Part shown: positions 39,027-53,908 of the stretch, one piece after another | How the letters are laid out: each line of letters opens with the position of its first letter | Position numbering within the stretch: position 1 is the stretch's first letter | Source: Octopus bimaculoides | Lineage: Eukaryota | NCBI RefSeq assembly: GCF_001194135.2 | Contig: NC_068989.1 | Location: forward strand, 65,710,681-65,774,680 | DNA: 64,000 nucleotides | Reading direction: 5' to 3' | Program-made: the position numbers and the translations under genes | Notes under the pieces: model-generated | Told to the model about the DNA's origin: nothing | The model's database searches: none | The model's input: the letters and a program-made list of their open reading frames with translations, nothing else

Positions 39027-41529
39027 CAATGAGAAAATAGAGGAGAATATGTGGTTCCCATCGACTCGCAGACAATGTATTCCGTTGATAAATCTGTTTA
39101 TTTTATAACTAAATTGACAAAAAGCACAATATACAGACACTTATTACATATCATGTCATATTAACAATTAAGATTTCGAATATAAAGGACATATATATGG
39201 GGATGTATATGTATTACGGATCAAAATTGTCCCTGGAATGTGAATTGAAATGATAAAAAAAATATGAAAGCACAGCTTAAATCATGAGAAAAGCTTTAGT
39301 AATTGCTACAAAGTGCAGATAAAGCAAGTAGATATATTTTTAGTAGCGAATAATGTTTTGGTAGTAGGTTAGCCATCAATATAAAGCATAGCATTTGGGA
39401 AAGAGTGGACGAGACATTGATTAACGATGGAAGAACTGGAATTAATGCATATATTAATGCGTGTATTGAATTGTGAGTTTGTAAGATTCTAATATTAGAT
39501 AAGTGTATTTGAAAAGCAGAAGAAGTAAATTAGAAAATACATATAAAGTATGGGAAATCAAGCCGGTCTGTAACTTAGAAATTAATGACCGGTAGAGTTC
39601 ATGGAGGTCACAAAAAAACCAAACGGCCGGAAAATATTATAAATTTTAGAGATAAGAGTTGATTCAACAAAGTTAACTTGAGTCATAAAATGATGACAGT
39701 GCTTTAACCATCCCTTATAAAGTTTTATTTTATTTTATTTTATTTCCTTTTTATTTCATTTTATTTTATTTCCTTTGTTTAAATACGCACTTCATCCACT
39801 ACGTAAAAGTCTTCAGTTTTTCTTATTTCTATTTTCATTTTATTATTTGCCTACCATTATCACTTATATAAGATTATTTTTCTTATTATGTTTGCTTTTT
39901 TTTTTCTTTCTAATATGAGTACCAAAAAGGTATCCTTGGCTCATATTGCTATTGCTTTTGATGTTATTGTGCTGGTGACCCCAAAATTTAAAAATTTAAT
40001 TGATGGAAACTAATGTTCCTTGCATATTAAGAGAATCCGAAAAAAAAAAACAGACTTAATCGTATTTCATCCGATAAAGCGCCCACACACGGCTGTGGCA
40101 GACAAATATCCAAAAATATTGTAATTTTAAAGAATACTCCTGTAAAATAGAGTACGAATTTAAACTCAGTAACTTAAAGCTTGTGTGCAATGCAGAAACA
40201 AATGTTGTGCACTGCTATTGAAGCCTGATATTATCCATGGTCCTATTATATATATATTTTTTCTATTAATCTTATGCATTATACTGAATATACCCTACTG
40301 CAGAATCACATCTGGTAGCCAAATAATAGAATAAGAGCTCGTAAAAGCACACTACGAGATCTTTACCCAAATGTTACTATATATATATATATATTCCTGG
40401 CGGAGACGTGCAAACAGATTAAACATACATATCATGCCTTCATTAGCAGCCACAGAGAAACCAATACAAAAATATCTTTCTCTATTGGATTCTGGTTCTA
40501 ATATTAACAGGACCATTTTGTATGAAAGCATAAACTCTCATGTACTGCTTTCTCTGTGTCTACTAACGAGGTGCGTGTAAAGCCTCCGCTAGAAACATGT
40601 ATGTGTACGTGTGTGTGTGAGAGAGTGTGTGTGTGTGTGTATGTATATATATATATATATATATACATATACACGCGCGCGCACGCACACACACACACAC
40701 AAAAAATTTACTTATATCTTTGTTTCTTGCCGACATTTTGGTATATATTTTTTATATGTAATCTCGTTGCAGTCAGTTTATATTCTATTATCATATCGCT
40801 CTGAAAATGAATTATTCCATTTCATAAAACCGAATCATTTGTTAAACTTGAAATCATAAAATATACTCCCGGTCTAGTTATGAAATATTTATTTCTAACA
40901 TTATTAACGTTCAATTCAGAAGTTTCAGCAACTTTAAAGATTTTTCTCATGAATAGAAATGTGTGTATGTGTGTGCGTGTGCATGCGTGTATATNNNNNN
41001 NNNNNNNNNNNNNNNNNNNNNNNNNNNNNNNNNNNNNNNNNNNNNNNNNNNNNNNNNNNNNNNNNNNNNNNNNNNNNNNNNNNNNNNNNNNNNNNNNNNN
41101 NNNNNNNNNNNNNNNNNNNNNNNNNNNNNNNNNNNNNNNNNNNNNNNNNNNNNNNNNNNNNNNNNNNNNNNNNNNNNNNNNNNNNNNNNNNNNNNNNNNN
41201 NNNNNNNNNNNNNNNNNNNNNNNNNNNNNNNNNNNNNNNNNNNNNNNNNNNNNNNNNNNNNNNNNNNNNNNNNNNNNNNNNNNNNNNNNNNNNNNNNNNN
41301 NNNNNNNNNNNNNNNNNNNNNNNNNNNNNNNNNNNNNNNNNNNNNNNNNNNNNNNNNNNNNNNNNNNNNNNNNNNNNNNNNNNNNNNNATATATATATAT
41401 ATATACATATATGTATACTTGGAAATGGATGTGTGGTGTTCAATCATATAATATAACTAATATATAAATATATATGCATACAAACATGTACATACATATA
41501 TATATATGTATATTCACATGCATATATGG

Positions 41530-41900
41530 GCACAGGATACCACGGAACGTAAACAACATCAAATGCAAAAACATGGAATACGAACTTTATTTTGCGAACA
41601 ACGGAAGAAACAAACGAAAAACAAGACAAGCAACATAAAAAAACGACCCTTCATCAATTGTCGGTTGTTTTTCTAATTCGTATTTCGAGCTATTAAGGAC
41701 AAGATACGTTTTCGGCAAAACAATTGCTCCCTCAAAGCAAATTAAATATAATTTGCGATTTTACGGAGGGTCAAAGCTGGTAACCCGAACAGGACAGAGA
41801 AAACAAAGAGGAAGGGCTGCTGAGCCTGAACAAGTTGAGTTAGTGAACGGGAAGGAACAAGCTCTGACAGGAGACAGACAAGAACGCGTCTTACATCTGC
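41530..41900 (-). mobile_element. Paralog of the 33040-33615 repeat
   Basis: ggtaacccgaacaggacagagaaaac and cccttcatcaattgtcgg are reverse complements of 33340-33500 motifs. Confidence 0.6.
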
Positions 41901-42344
41901 GGCTGATCAGAGAGAAAAAAAGAAATTCAAGTGAAGAAAAAAAAAAGATGTCCAATTGTCACGTGCGAGCAACGAGAGTAAAAGTGGAAGAATGAGGGAC
42001 AGAGAGAGAACGGTGAAGTAGTGAGGAAAAGAATTAGAGAAAGGATGAGAGAGAGAAAACGAAAGGGGTAGAAGGGGAGATAAAAAACAAAAGAATTAGA
42101 GAAGGAGGAGAGAGGAAAAGAAAGCGCCATTTCCAAGTAAGTTTTATCTTAATGATTCCGATGCGACACATACAAGAGTCAAGAATATTGAAAAGGTTGC
42201 AAGATGCAACGAAAATTTTAGGAAAATAGAAAAATAAGGAATAAGTGGAAAATTTACCGGTGACTGTGTTAAATTATAAGGCACAAAAAGAAAATGACTC
42301 TCCCTAGACACAGCAGAATATTCTCCAACACACGAACTCACATA

Positions 42345-42398
<54 letters not shown>

Positions 42399-43269
42399 TG
42401 TGTGTGTGTGTAACTAGTCTTTGTAGGTTGACTTAAATAGGTAACCCATGTAAGTGTTACCTATGTCATGTACAAGTCTTTTTGATTATAGTTCTGTGTC
42501 TCTTTCTAACGAAGGACATATAGCATCAACGTCCATTGTTAGATGAGATTACAGAGTAAGAAAAAAAATACGCCATTCACACATACATACAAACATACAT
42601 ATATGTATATATATTTATATTTATATATATATATAATATGTATGCGTATGTATACTTACATATATATACATATATATATATAAGGATATATATGCGTACG
42701 TATACATGCATACATATAGACATATATATGTGTGTGTGTGTGTGTGTGCATACATACATTACATTCATCTGAATATATATATATATATATATAAACCGGA
42801 AGACGAAGATACAAGGTATAGAGTTAGAGGAATGACTATGATCGATTCCACGCCGTATTCAATGTATTCAAAGAACATCCAACGTGAGATAAGCTCGCGT
42901 ATAGAAAATATCAAGCTATAATATTTGATAGTATGATAATAACTATACACTTAGTGAATGACCACATGAATAAATAGCCACATATTTGACAAAGAATCAT
43001 AGCTCAATGCTACGGCATGTATTGAATGTTTAAGGAGCAAGCACATATGTATACACGTGACGAATCCTTCGTCGGTAGCGACGGTTAGAATCTGTTCTCC
43101 GATCAACGGAACAATCTGCGTAGTTTTATTGTCGTCTCGGTTGCTAATTTCAAAGACACATTAACTCTTAATATGATAGTCAGGAACAATCTGGCTGATA
43201 CTCCGTATGTAACGCAGGATTTTAGTATTACATATTGCTTGTGTGTGTGTGTACATATATGTTTGTCTG

Positions 43270-43530
43270 TGTTGGACTCTCCCGTTCAGCTTTTGCCGAA
43301 CGAACTGCCCAAGTGATTTGTTCTATAGTAATTAAATGTGTGTCACACATTAACTCACGCTCTCCATCAAATCAAACAGGCGCCTGGTGTACCACAGGTC
43401 AAGTGTCAAAGTAATCGCAAGAGCACCGTGGAATGAAATATTTTGTTCAAGAACACAACGCACCACCCGTTCTAGGAATTATTGAAACCACGGTCTCGTG
43501 ATCGTAAGTGCAAGACTCTGACTACTAGGC
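43270..43530 (-). mobile_element. tRNA-derived SINE, another family
   Basis: Minus-strand head gcctagtagtcagagtcttgcacttacgatcacgagaccgtggtttcaat. Confidence 0.6.
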
Positions 43531-43739
43531 GATATTGCATACATATGCACTGCTCAGCAACTTACACGTTGATTCAGTTGATACAGCAAATGGAAACTTG
43601 TCATCGAGTGTCGGAAATCTACCAGAATTATCCACAAAATATACTTCACATAAAAACTTACATTAACCATCTATCTTAACGTATGTTTTCAAGAACAAAT
43701 ACGTACGTACATGACGATAGTTAGATATATATATATCTT

Positions 43740-43786
<47 letters not shown>

Positions 43787-44531
43787 GTGTGTGTGTACAT
43801 ATACACACGCACTCTCTCTCTCTCTTTTATACACACACACATATTTATATATAATGTAAATAACTGTCTCACCTTCCTAAGCGTCAAACTAATACACCTG
43901 TTTGTTGTTTATACACCTCTCTTCGTCTTTTGTTTTTCTGTAAATTTCAACTGTATATATATATATATATATACATACATGCATGCATACATACATACAT
44001 ACATATATGTATATATAGGCATGTGTGTATGTTAATGCGTGCGTGCATTTTGTCCCAGACATAGTGTTAATATAACTCTCAAACTCTGAAGCTACACCTC
44101 GATGTATACTCTTCCTCTTGCTAATTGCTGAAGCTAACTTGAATATTGTATATTCGATCAATTATTGGCACACAAGAGAACAAGAGAATTGACAGACATT
44201 TTTCAAAATTGTCCATTCCTTCGATATAAAGTCAATATACACATTGCATCGAAGACGTTAATCTCAGTATAATAATCGAATTTTGGATGGAAAATTGATA
44301 CTGTGAACATTTTTTATAATCTTCAGAAGCGCTTCAAGAATTGTCATTCATGTGTAAACAGAAAGGAACAAATGGTATTTCATTCTAATTATATATTTGT
44401 AAGAAAAGTAAATTTATTTAAAATCCTCTTTTTCTAAATGAATCTTAATTAGGATTACAGCTTACTTCAACCGAAATATTCTATACAGTTGGACGAGTGG
44501 TTGTCTCTTTGATTTATATATTTAATCATCG

Positions 44532-44595
<64 letters not shown>

Positions 44596-44627
44596 CATTA
44601 TTATTTTTATTATTATTATTATTATGA

Positions 44628-44985
44628 AGACGGCGAGCTGGACGGAGTGCTTAGGGGTATTTCACCGATCTCCGTTCTGAGTTCAAGGTCTGCAGTAGTC
44701 AACTTTGCCTTTCATCCTTTCGGGGTCGATAAATTAAGTACCTGTTGAGTACTGGGCTCGATTTAATCGACTTAATCCCCGCCTCCTAAATTTCAGGCAT
44801 TGTGCTTATAGTACAAAGAATTATTTTTATGATTATTAAGACGGCGAACTGGCAGGACTTATTCTTTGTAAGCCTAGTACTTATTCTATTGGTCTGTTTT
44901 GCTGAACCGCTAAGTTACGGGGATGTAAACACACCAACATCGGTTGCCAGGTGATGGTCGGGGACAAACACAGAGGAACAATTAT
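44628..44985. mobile_element. SINE family B (+, 44628-44815) followed by family A 3' half (-, 44855-44985)
   Basis: gacggcgagctgg...tttgcctttcatcctttcggggtcgat; gtaagcctagtacttattctattggtc. Confidence 0.8.
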
Positions 44986-46449
44986 ANNNNNNNNNNNNNG
45001 ACGTTGACCACTAACGTGGACATTCAATATACTAGAAATAGATCACATCTTGTGTCTAATAAGACCTAAATTGTTCTCAACATGAAATATAGCGTGATAC
45101 CAAAACGTAAGCGGGCAAGACATTTAAAATCACCGAAAAGGAACATTATTAAACAGGTACCGGTTTCAAATTTAACAAACTTACTGACTGTCTATTTCTC
45201 TTCAGCCTGATTTGTAATGGCACCATAATCATCAGAACCCCATACAAAGTTGCCCACCGCCATAGGTGCGCGTGTATATGGTTCTGCTAATTACAGCTTA
45301 ATGGTAAAATTCAAAAGTCTTCGTTTTGGCGCGCTAATCCAGGAATATGTCTGCAGAGAATATTTACTGCGTCGCATATATCCAGTATGAGAACTCGGTA
45401 AGGGTTAATATATTATTAAAAAATATGGGAAAAAATCATATATTAATTAATATCTATTAATTACCAGGAAGCTAGCACATTTAAAGAATCAAAGAGATTC
45501 AGAAACAGTATCTGCAATCTCAGGGGATTAAAGTACATTTTTATATATGACGTTGACCACTAACGTGGACATTCAATGTGCTAGAAATAGATCACATCTN
45601 NNNNNNNNNNNNNNNNNNNNNNNNNNNNNNNNNNNNNNNNNNNNNNNNNNNNNNNNNNNNNNNNNNNNNNNNNNNNNNNNNNNNNNNNNNNNNNNNNNNN
45701 NNNNNNNNNNNNNNNNNNNNNNNNNNNNNNNNNNNNNNNNNNNNNNNNNNNNNNNNNNNNNNNNNNNNNNNNNNNNNNNNNNNNNNNNNNNNNNNNNNNN
45801 NNNNNNNNNNNNNNNNNNNNNNNNNNNNNNNNNNNNNNNNNNNNNNNNNNNNNNNNNNNNNNNNNNNNNNNNNNNNNNNNNNNNNNNNNNNNNNNNNNNN
45901 NNNNNNNNNNNNNNNNNNNNNNNNNNNNNNNNNNNNNNNNNNNNNNNNNNNNNNNNNNNNNNNNNNNNNNNNNNNNNNNNNNNNNNNNNNNNNNNNNNNN
46001 NNNNNNNNNNNNNNNNNNNNNNNNNNNNNNNNNNNNNNNNNNNNNNNNNNNNNNNNNNNNNNNNNNNNNNNNNNNNNNNNNNNNNNNNNNNNNNNNNNNN
46101 NNNNNNNNNNNNNNNNNNNNNNNNNNNNNNNNNNNNNNNNNNNNNNNNNNNNNNNNNNNNNNNNNNNNNNNNNNNNNNNNNNNNNNNNNNNNNNNNNNNN
46201 NNNNNNNNNNNNNNNNNNNNNNNNNNNNNNNNNNNNNNNNNNNNNNNNNNNNNNNNNNNNNNNNNNNNNNNNNNNNNNNNNNNNNNNNNNNNNNNNNNNN
46301 NNNNNNNNNNNNNNNNNNNNNNNNNNNNNNNNNNNNNNNNNNNNNNNNNNNNNNNNNNNNNNNNNNNNNNNNNNNNNNNNNNNNNNNNNNNNNNNNNNNN
46401 NNNNNNNNNNNNNNNNNNNTTCTTCGTATTTGTTAGGTAGTATGATTTC

Positions 46450-46511
<62 letters not shown>

Positions 46512-46514
46512 AGT

Positions 46515-46925
46515 TGTGAGCTGGCAGAATTGTTAGCACACTGGGCAAAATATTTAATGGTATTCTGGCCATCTTTACATTCTGGATTCAAATCCTACCG
46601 AGGTCGACTTTGCCTTTCATCAGGGTCGATAAAATAAGTACAAGCTGGGCACAGGTGTCGGTGTAATCAACTCAACCTTCTCTTCGAACTTTCTGGCCTT
46701 GTGCCAAAATTTGAAACCATTATTATTATTATTATTATTACATCAGTGAGCTGCCAAAATCTTTAGCACACCGAAGAAAATTCTTAGCTGCTTCTCTTCT
46801 AGCTCGACGCTCTCGGTCCAAATTCCATCAACATCGACTTTGCTTTTCAATGTATCAATCGAGTACTAGTTTCGATGTTATCATCTATCCCCTACACACA
46901 AATTTTCCGGTATTGCACCTATAGC
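46515..46925 (+). mobile_element. Two tandem SINE family B copies separated by (ATT)n
   Basis: gtgagctggcagaattg...gtgccaaaatttgaaacc(att)n, then gtgagctgccaaaatc... Confidence 0.8.
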
Positions 46926-46954
46926 AAAACGGATTATTCTGTAGACTTATTTTC

Positions 46955-47830
46955 TCATTGCGTACTTTCATTGCTCTACCAAGCGCAGCTCTGTGTGCTT
47001 TTGATATTTGCTATGGTTTGTTTAGGTTTTTATTTTTATACCTGCTTCTTTCTAAATTAAAAATGCTCTCGTATGTTTGATGTGTACAATGCCTACCACT
47101 ATTATTTCCTAAATGCAATATATCTATGTGTAAGTCCTAGTTTTTGGTTACGTATCCGTCTGCATGTTTTTTGATAAATTCTCAAAGCACTTATCATTAG
47201 AGGAATTGTTCCTCTTTTCAAGCCTCATATTCTGGTTATTTTTATTTCCAGATTTTCCTTTATGGATTAATTTCTTCGTTTCTTTTTGAGATACATTGTC
47301 ATATGTTGAGGCTAATAAGTCGATTAGGAGGCATTTTTTTTTTTTGTTATTGATAACAATATCTGCTCAATTATCCTTCATCTCCATATTTGTGTGTATT
47401 GCAATATTCGTGGGTATGGTTTCTTCGTCATTTTCTTAAACCTTTTCAAAACTATGTTTATACTATCTATTTTCTGTTGACATTATATAGTGCTAGCATG
47501 TAAGACTCAATTTTGTGATATCTGTGGATATATTCTTTCTTCGACGTCACTGGGCAGTGAGAGTCAATATAATTTATTGCTTCACTCTCGAATCCACATA
47601 TTCTTTCGTTATTTATTGTTTTTATTGTGTTTTGCTACATTATCTGTTTGGTGGGGAGGCTTTAATCCTCTGTTGCAGTTAAGAACACTTCAATTTCTGC
47701 TGTGATCCTCATATTACTCAGCCAGTATTGAAACATTTCTTTGTCTATTTTCATTCTGTTCAGCTTATTCCAATACTTCCAATGTCTTGGATTTTATTGC
47801 ATTCGTTTCATCATGGCATTCTTAGCATCG
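46955..47830 (-). pseudogene. Older, decayed R4/Dong-like LINE 3' fragment
   Basis: ccaagcgcagctctgtgtgc and gtaagtcctagttttt match the 8113-8350 3' UTR/ORF end; followed by (ATT)n at 47834. Confidence 0.55.
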
Positions 47831-47832
47831 GG

Positions 47833-47899
<67 letters not shown>

Positions 47900-48090
47900 T
47901 GATGAAAACTCACAGCTTATTTTGCTGGGTGTGATGGAAAGTGTCAGCTGTCCACAGCCAGCAGACTAAGGTGTTACTTGTTTACAGGTCATGCTTCAAG
48001 AACCCTGCGAAGAATTATTTGTTGTTATTATGAAAATATCTTTGCATTGTCCCCTTCATCCTTCGCCCTTGTGGCAAATAAAAGAAACCG

Positions 48091-48121
<31 letters not shown>

Positions 48122-48169
48122 TACCACCAGTATTATTATTATTATTGATGATGATGTTATTATTATTGT

Positions 48170-48840
48170 TATTATATTTGTGACTTTTGCTTTGTATTTG
48201 TACGAGTTGACTCCAAGTCTGACCCAGAGACCTCAAGAGGCAACAAGTTAGAAGCTGAAGTTGGTATTATAACTTCGCTGCCATAATTTTGGTTTTGCAC
48301 AGAGTATTATTCTAGAGAATGACTATCAAAACATGAGTAACTTAAAGTTTGTTTTAAAAGTAATTTGATGAGATGATAATGTGATCTTAAGATGGCAGTA
48401 AAAGGTGTGTGCTAGTATGTACATTTAAAAATACTTTTGATAATGTTTACAGATTAAAATGCTTTTGGAATTCCATAGACAATATTTTTCGTAGGATATA
48501 AGCAGTTCCCATGGGTAGTATTTTTTTGAATTTCTTCTATTTATGTTTTTTTTAAGTATCTACGATATGTAACAATCCGTCCTTTTTACTATCATTCCTA
48601 GGAAACCTACGACAACAGGTATTGTTTTCGTCTTCAGATTCTACATTTTGCCAATTTCTATTTCAAAGACCTTTATACTTGGTCAGTTTTTTTGGTAAGT
48701 CTTGACAGACACATTTACGTCGATTGGGACAGTCATGTCGATGAGGAGGTATGGGTTTTGTCTGAAATCCTTCAACATAATGTTTGGCCTATTTACATCT
48801 ATCTTTCTGTCAGTTTGAACAATGAACTTCCAAAGGAATG
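48170..48840 (-). pseudogene. R4/Dong-like LINE 3' fragment with RLE domain, second subfamily
   Basis: LWKFIVQTDRKIDVNRPNIMLKDFRQNPYLLIDMTVPIDVNVSVKTYQK...EIEIGKM*NLKTKTIPVVVGFLGMI; 3' UTR related to 58400-58452; TAA-rich tail. Confidence 0.85.
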
Positions 48841-49007
48841 AAATGTGATCATTTTCAAACACTGGAGGTGGTTCGTGTTCCCTCCTCCTCCCCCTNNNNN
48901 NNNNNNNNNNNNNNNNNNNNNNNNNNNNNNNNNNNNNNNNNNNNNNNNNNNNNNNNNNNNNNNNNNNNNNNNNNNNNNNNNNNNNNNNNNNNNNNNNNNN
49001 NNNNNNN

Positions 49008-49043
<36 letters not shown>

Positions 49044-49053
49044 CACCACCACC

Positions 49054-49087
<34 letters not shown>

Positions 49088-49154
49088 TATTTATTATTAT
49101 TAGTATTACTATTTTCATTATTAATAATAGTAATAATAGCTTGCAGCTACATCG

Positions 49155-49310
49155 CTACGTTCTGAGATCAAATTCCGCCGACGCCGACTTTGCCTTTCAT
49201 CCTTTCGGGGTCGATAAATTAAATTAAGTACCAGTGAAACCACTGGGGTCAATGTAATCGACTTATCCCCTCCCCGAAGATTGCTGCCTCTGTGGCTAAA
49301 TTTGAAACTA
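49155..49310 (+). mobile_element. SINE family B, 5' truncated
   Basis: acgttctgagatcaaattccgccgacgccgactttgcctttcatcctttcggggtcgat. Confidence 0.85.
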
Positions 49311-49316
49311 TTATTG

Positions 49317-49364
<48 letters not shown>

Positions 49365-49365
49365 T

Positions 49366-49400
<35 letters not shown>

Positions 49401-49756
49401 TTCCTTCTACTTAACATTCGTTTTGTATAGTGAACCTGAGAATATGAATTCCATGGAAACATAATTCTCAGACATTAGGTATGAAATCTTAACTGTAGTT
49501 ATGTCAGTTGTCCATAATCTTAAGCGAATCGAGCGTACAAACTATTCATTCACACTTGTGCAATGTAATCTTTCTGACCTGTTCAACAGAAATTTCTATT
49601 CCTTGTCAGCTGTAATTACATCGAAACATCTCTTTGTGCTTAATAACAGAAAAATCAATATTTTTTTTTTCACTTTGATAAACTATTAATGCAATTTTCT
49701 TATCTCATAAAACTAATGATATTCAGTCACATAATATCTTTGTTAACTTCAAAACG

Positions 49757-49819
<63 letters not shown>

Positions 49820-51699
49820 GGTAACTTTTCTCTTTTTTTTTTTTTTTTTCTGTTTCTCTTTTAGGTAATAGAAATAGATGAAATCAATAAATCAGGTATC
49901 GAAATCGTTATCTTTTCATTACCGGTCGTTAAATTTATACATTCACTTCAAAAAAAATATTTTTCTTAAATAACTAACAAAAGGAAGACAAATATTTATT
50001 TAAAAGCAATTCAATAATGAATTGATAAGTAGAAATGTTTGACCTTTCGTGATCAATAGGAAATAATCAATAATACAAATAAATAAATATATTAAAAAAA
50101 AACTAGTCCCGATAGTAAAATGAGAGAGAGAGAGAGAGGGAGGGAGAGAGAGAAAAAAAATTAAGATAGAAAGCAAGAAAGAATCTACTACGTACAATGT
50201 AGTTGAACTTAGAATCGTTTTGTTGGTGTTCAGAGCCATTGTGTAGCTAGCAATGTAACCGATATAATGAAAGCTTTGCTTCGTTACAATTCTATATATT
50301 TAAAGTTTCTATGTATGTGTCAATTTCAATGACGTTTTATTCGAAAATTGATTTTTTTTTGTCCTATCTTGTTATTAATTTCTCTCTCAGAGATTTCTCT
50401 GTCTCGTTTCGTTATATTCCACAGGCACACAAGTACATAAAATGTCATCCATTTATCGTAAGAGTTATTTCCCTTGAACCATATTAGCGTGGTTAATTCA
50501 TAATTTAGTATCCGAAAATATAAAATTTAACGATATGTTACAGTCATTGAAATTAAATAATTATTACTCCGCTAAACTCTTGCTCTGTATCTGAATATAA
50601 ACTACAACTGATTTCTATCTAAAATTTCAGAACGCGTAGCAGGCTGGATATTTAAGAAGCTTGCTTCTTAACTACGTTGTCCTGGGTTTCTACTTACTAC
50701 TTTGCTCCTTGGGCAGATACCATTTTCTAATAAATCCTTCGCTTGTCCCATACTCTCTAAAGGAAATTCAGTAAGCGAAGACTATATAGAAGTCCGTCAG
50801 TTGAATTTTATTTGTAACTCAAACGGTATGAGTTTGTCACAATCTATGTTACGCTGAATTAAATTAATAGTATCAATCTCTGTGGAATGCTCAATTACTT
50901 ACACGTTAATTGAAGAGAAAATAATTCAACTGATAGAGCAAATGAATACTCGTCATCGAGTGATAGAAACCCAGCAGAATCATTCAGAAAATGTGCTTCT
51001 CATAAACACTTAGATAAACCATCTGAACATAGGTTTTCAAGAGCAACAACTCTGATATTTAGAAGATTTCAAACCATGACAAAGAAAATGCAATGAATAC
51101 ACTGGGATTTTCTGAAATATTTAAGTAACATGCATTGGGCAATTATACGTAAAAGAAATCTATATGTGCTTTTCCAAATGGAATTGGTACTTTAAAGAAT
51201 TAGGTTTAAAAGCACGAAATAGTCTGATCATACGACATGGCCACATGACATTCTCCTCAACTGTTACCAAATACGGCCTTGCGACGATACAACTTCCCAA
51301 ATAAATGTCTTATTAGATGACTACAAACAGATAGTTGAACAACAATATTAAGGGTTATACAAGGAGGAGTTATTAAAAATACGACGATAAAAAGATGAGA
51401 TTTTATCTATTTCTCTAACAGACGCAAATAGCGGAGATTGTTGCGTCTCTTCTTTTTTCAGCCACTGCCTTCATAATCTATGTATTTTGAAGTATTAACA
51501 AACACATGGTAAATACATTGTAACGACGAAGATTCTCTGGGAATTCTCACATTTAGTATTGTAGAATCTGATGTCCTAACGTTAAGCTCTTAGGTATTTC
51601 TTTATTGGATGAATTGAAGATTACATAAACACAAGGCAGAACTTTTGATGAGAAATGGGAAGCGGAGCGTTTATATATCTTACAAATAATATTACTTTC

Positions 51700-51905
51700 A
51701 CATTTTAACACAATGCCAGCAATTTCAGGAGGCGGGGTAGGAATTGTCGATTACATCGACCCCACCACCCGATTGATACTTATTTTATCGTTCTCGAAAG
51801 GAAGAAAGGCAAAGTCAACTGCAGAAGAATTTGAACTCTGAACGCAAAAATGAACAATATGCCGCTAAGCATTTGGCCCAACGTGCCAACGATTCTACCA
51901 GTCTA
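51700..51905 (-). mobile_element. SINE family B
   Basis: gtcgattacatcgacccc...gaaaggcaaagtcaac...tttgaactctgaacg. Confidence 0.8.
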
Positions 51906-53734
51906 TAACAAATAGATATTACATATCCATATAAACTGCTTAATTGCAGACCCCTATGCTCTGAGTTCAAATCAAACCTTGGTGACTTTTCTGTATATTT
52001 AAAATCTATTCACGTGCTAGGATCCCTTTTGTTGACTATATTTACTCTTTATAAAAATGAGAAGAATAATACTTGAGTTATTTATTGCTGTTTAATATTA
52101 TCAAAATATATTCTATGTATGATATANNNNNNNNNNNNNNNNNNNNNNNNNNNNNNNNNNNNNNNNNNNNNNNNNNNNNNNNNNNNNNNNNNNNNNNNNN
52201 NNNNNNNNNNNNNNNNNNNNNNNNNNNNNNNNNNNNNNNNNNNNNNNNNNNNNNNNNNNNNNNNNNNNNNNNNNNNNNNNNNNNNNNNNNNNNNNNNNNN
52301 NNNNNNNNNNNNNNNNNNNNNNNNNNNNNNNNNNNNNNNNNNNNNNNNNNNNNNNNNNNNNNNNNNNNNNNNNNNNNNNNNNNNNNNNNNNNNNNNNNNN
52401 NNNNNNNNNNNNNNNNNNNNNNNNNNNNNNNNNNNNNNNNNNNNNNNNNNNNNNNNNNNNNNNNNNNNNNNNNNNNNNNNNNNNNNNNNNNNNNNNNNNN
52501 NNNNNNNNNNNNNNNNNNNNNNNNNNNNNNNNNNNNNNNNNNNNNNNNNNNNNNNNNNNNNNNNNNNNNNNNNNNNNNNNNNNNNNNNNNNNNNNNNNNN
52601 NNNNNNNNNNNNNNNNNNNNNNNNNNNNNNNNNNNNNNNNNNNNNNNNNNNNNNNNNNNNNNNNNNNNNNNNNNNNNNNNNNNNNNNNNNNNNNNNNNNN
52701 NNNNNNNNNNNNNNNNNNNNNNNNNNNNNNNNNNNNNNNNNNNNNNNNNNNNNNNNNNNNNNNNNNNNNNNNNNNNNNNNNNNNNNNNNNNNNNNNNNNN
52801 NNNNNNNNNNNNNNNNNNNNNNNNNNNNNNNNNNNNNNNNNNNNNNNNNNNNNNNNNNNNNNNNNNNNNNNNNNNNNNNNNNNNNNNNNNNNNNNNNNNN
52901 NNNNNNNNNNNNNNNNNNNNNNNNNNNNNNNNNNNNNNNNNNNNNNNNNNNNNNNNNNNNNNNNNNNNCAAATATAATTTTTTATTAAAACAAAACACGC
53001 GTGTGAAGTAAATCTCGTCGTGTGAAGAATCAACACATGCGAGTGAAACACAACTCAACGTGCGTTTGTCATGGTAACGAGCTGTTAATGCCTCGCTGTC
53101 TGTTAATTGGCTAAAATTACCCAAATTCCCCAAATTTAATTCCAAATAACATCCTATTCTTTAATTTACGAGATAAAGTAATTGGTTGATTGTAATCAAA
53201 ATTCAGAGTTGCATTGATACACCAAAATTGAAAGCAATCTGAGCAAAATTGAAGGGGGCTCATTTTGTGAATGAGAAAAACTAGATGCCTTTCTAGATTA
53301 AGGCATTCAGAGGTTCAGTTGAGGAAACCGTTCCCTCTGTCTGAAAACTACATTATTTTATCAACCAGAGAAGTATGAAAGCTAAAGTTGGCATCGACAG
53401 GATTCGACCGGGAACACTAAAGTTCCCGTTATAAATATATACCTCGAGACAAGATATATCAAGGGGGAGTGCTGGAGAGTAAAATGCAAATTTGACTTTG
53501 GCGAGATTTCAAACCAGAATGTAAAGAAGCAGAATAAATACCGCTCTAAGTATTCTAGTCCTCCAATCTCGTTAATACTAATAATAATTTCTAAATCAGT
53601 CACAAGGGCAGAAACTGAGAGGGTGGGGCTATATATCTTCATTCATACATACCTAGACACGCACAAACACATATCTGTAAAGACAGCTACATTTCTTACA
53701 ATGGGTGCCCATTTGGAAATACATTTGCTTTATT

Positions 53735-53908
53735 CCGGGGTGTGAGCTAAGTCAATTACGTCGACTCTAATGATCAAGTAGTACTTATTTTATCGACCCC
53801 CACCCCCACCCAGAAGGATGAAAGCAAAATTCGACTTCTGCGGAATTTGAACTCAGAGCGTAGTATTTTGTCCGGTGTGCTAACAGGTCTGCCATCGCAC
53901 CGCCTTCA
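53735..53908 (-). mobile_element. SINE family B
   Basis: tacttattttatcgacccc...ggatgaaagcaaaattcgacttctgcggaatttgaactcagagcg. Confidence 0.8.
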
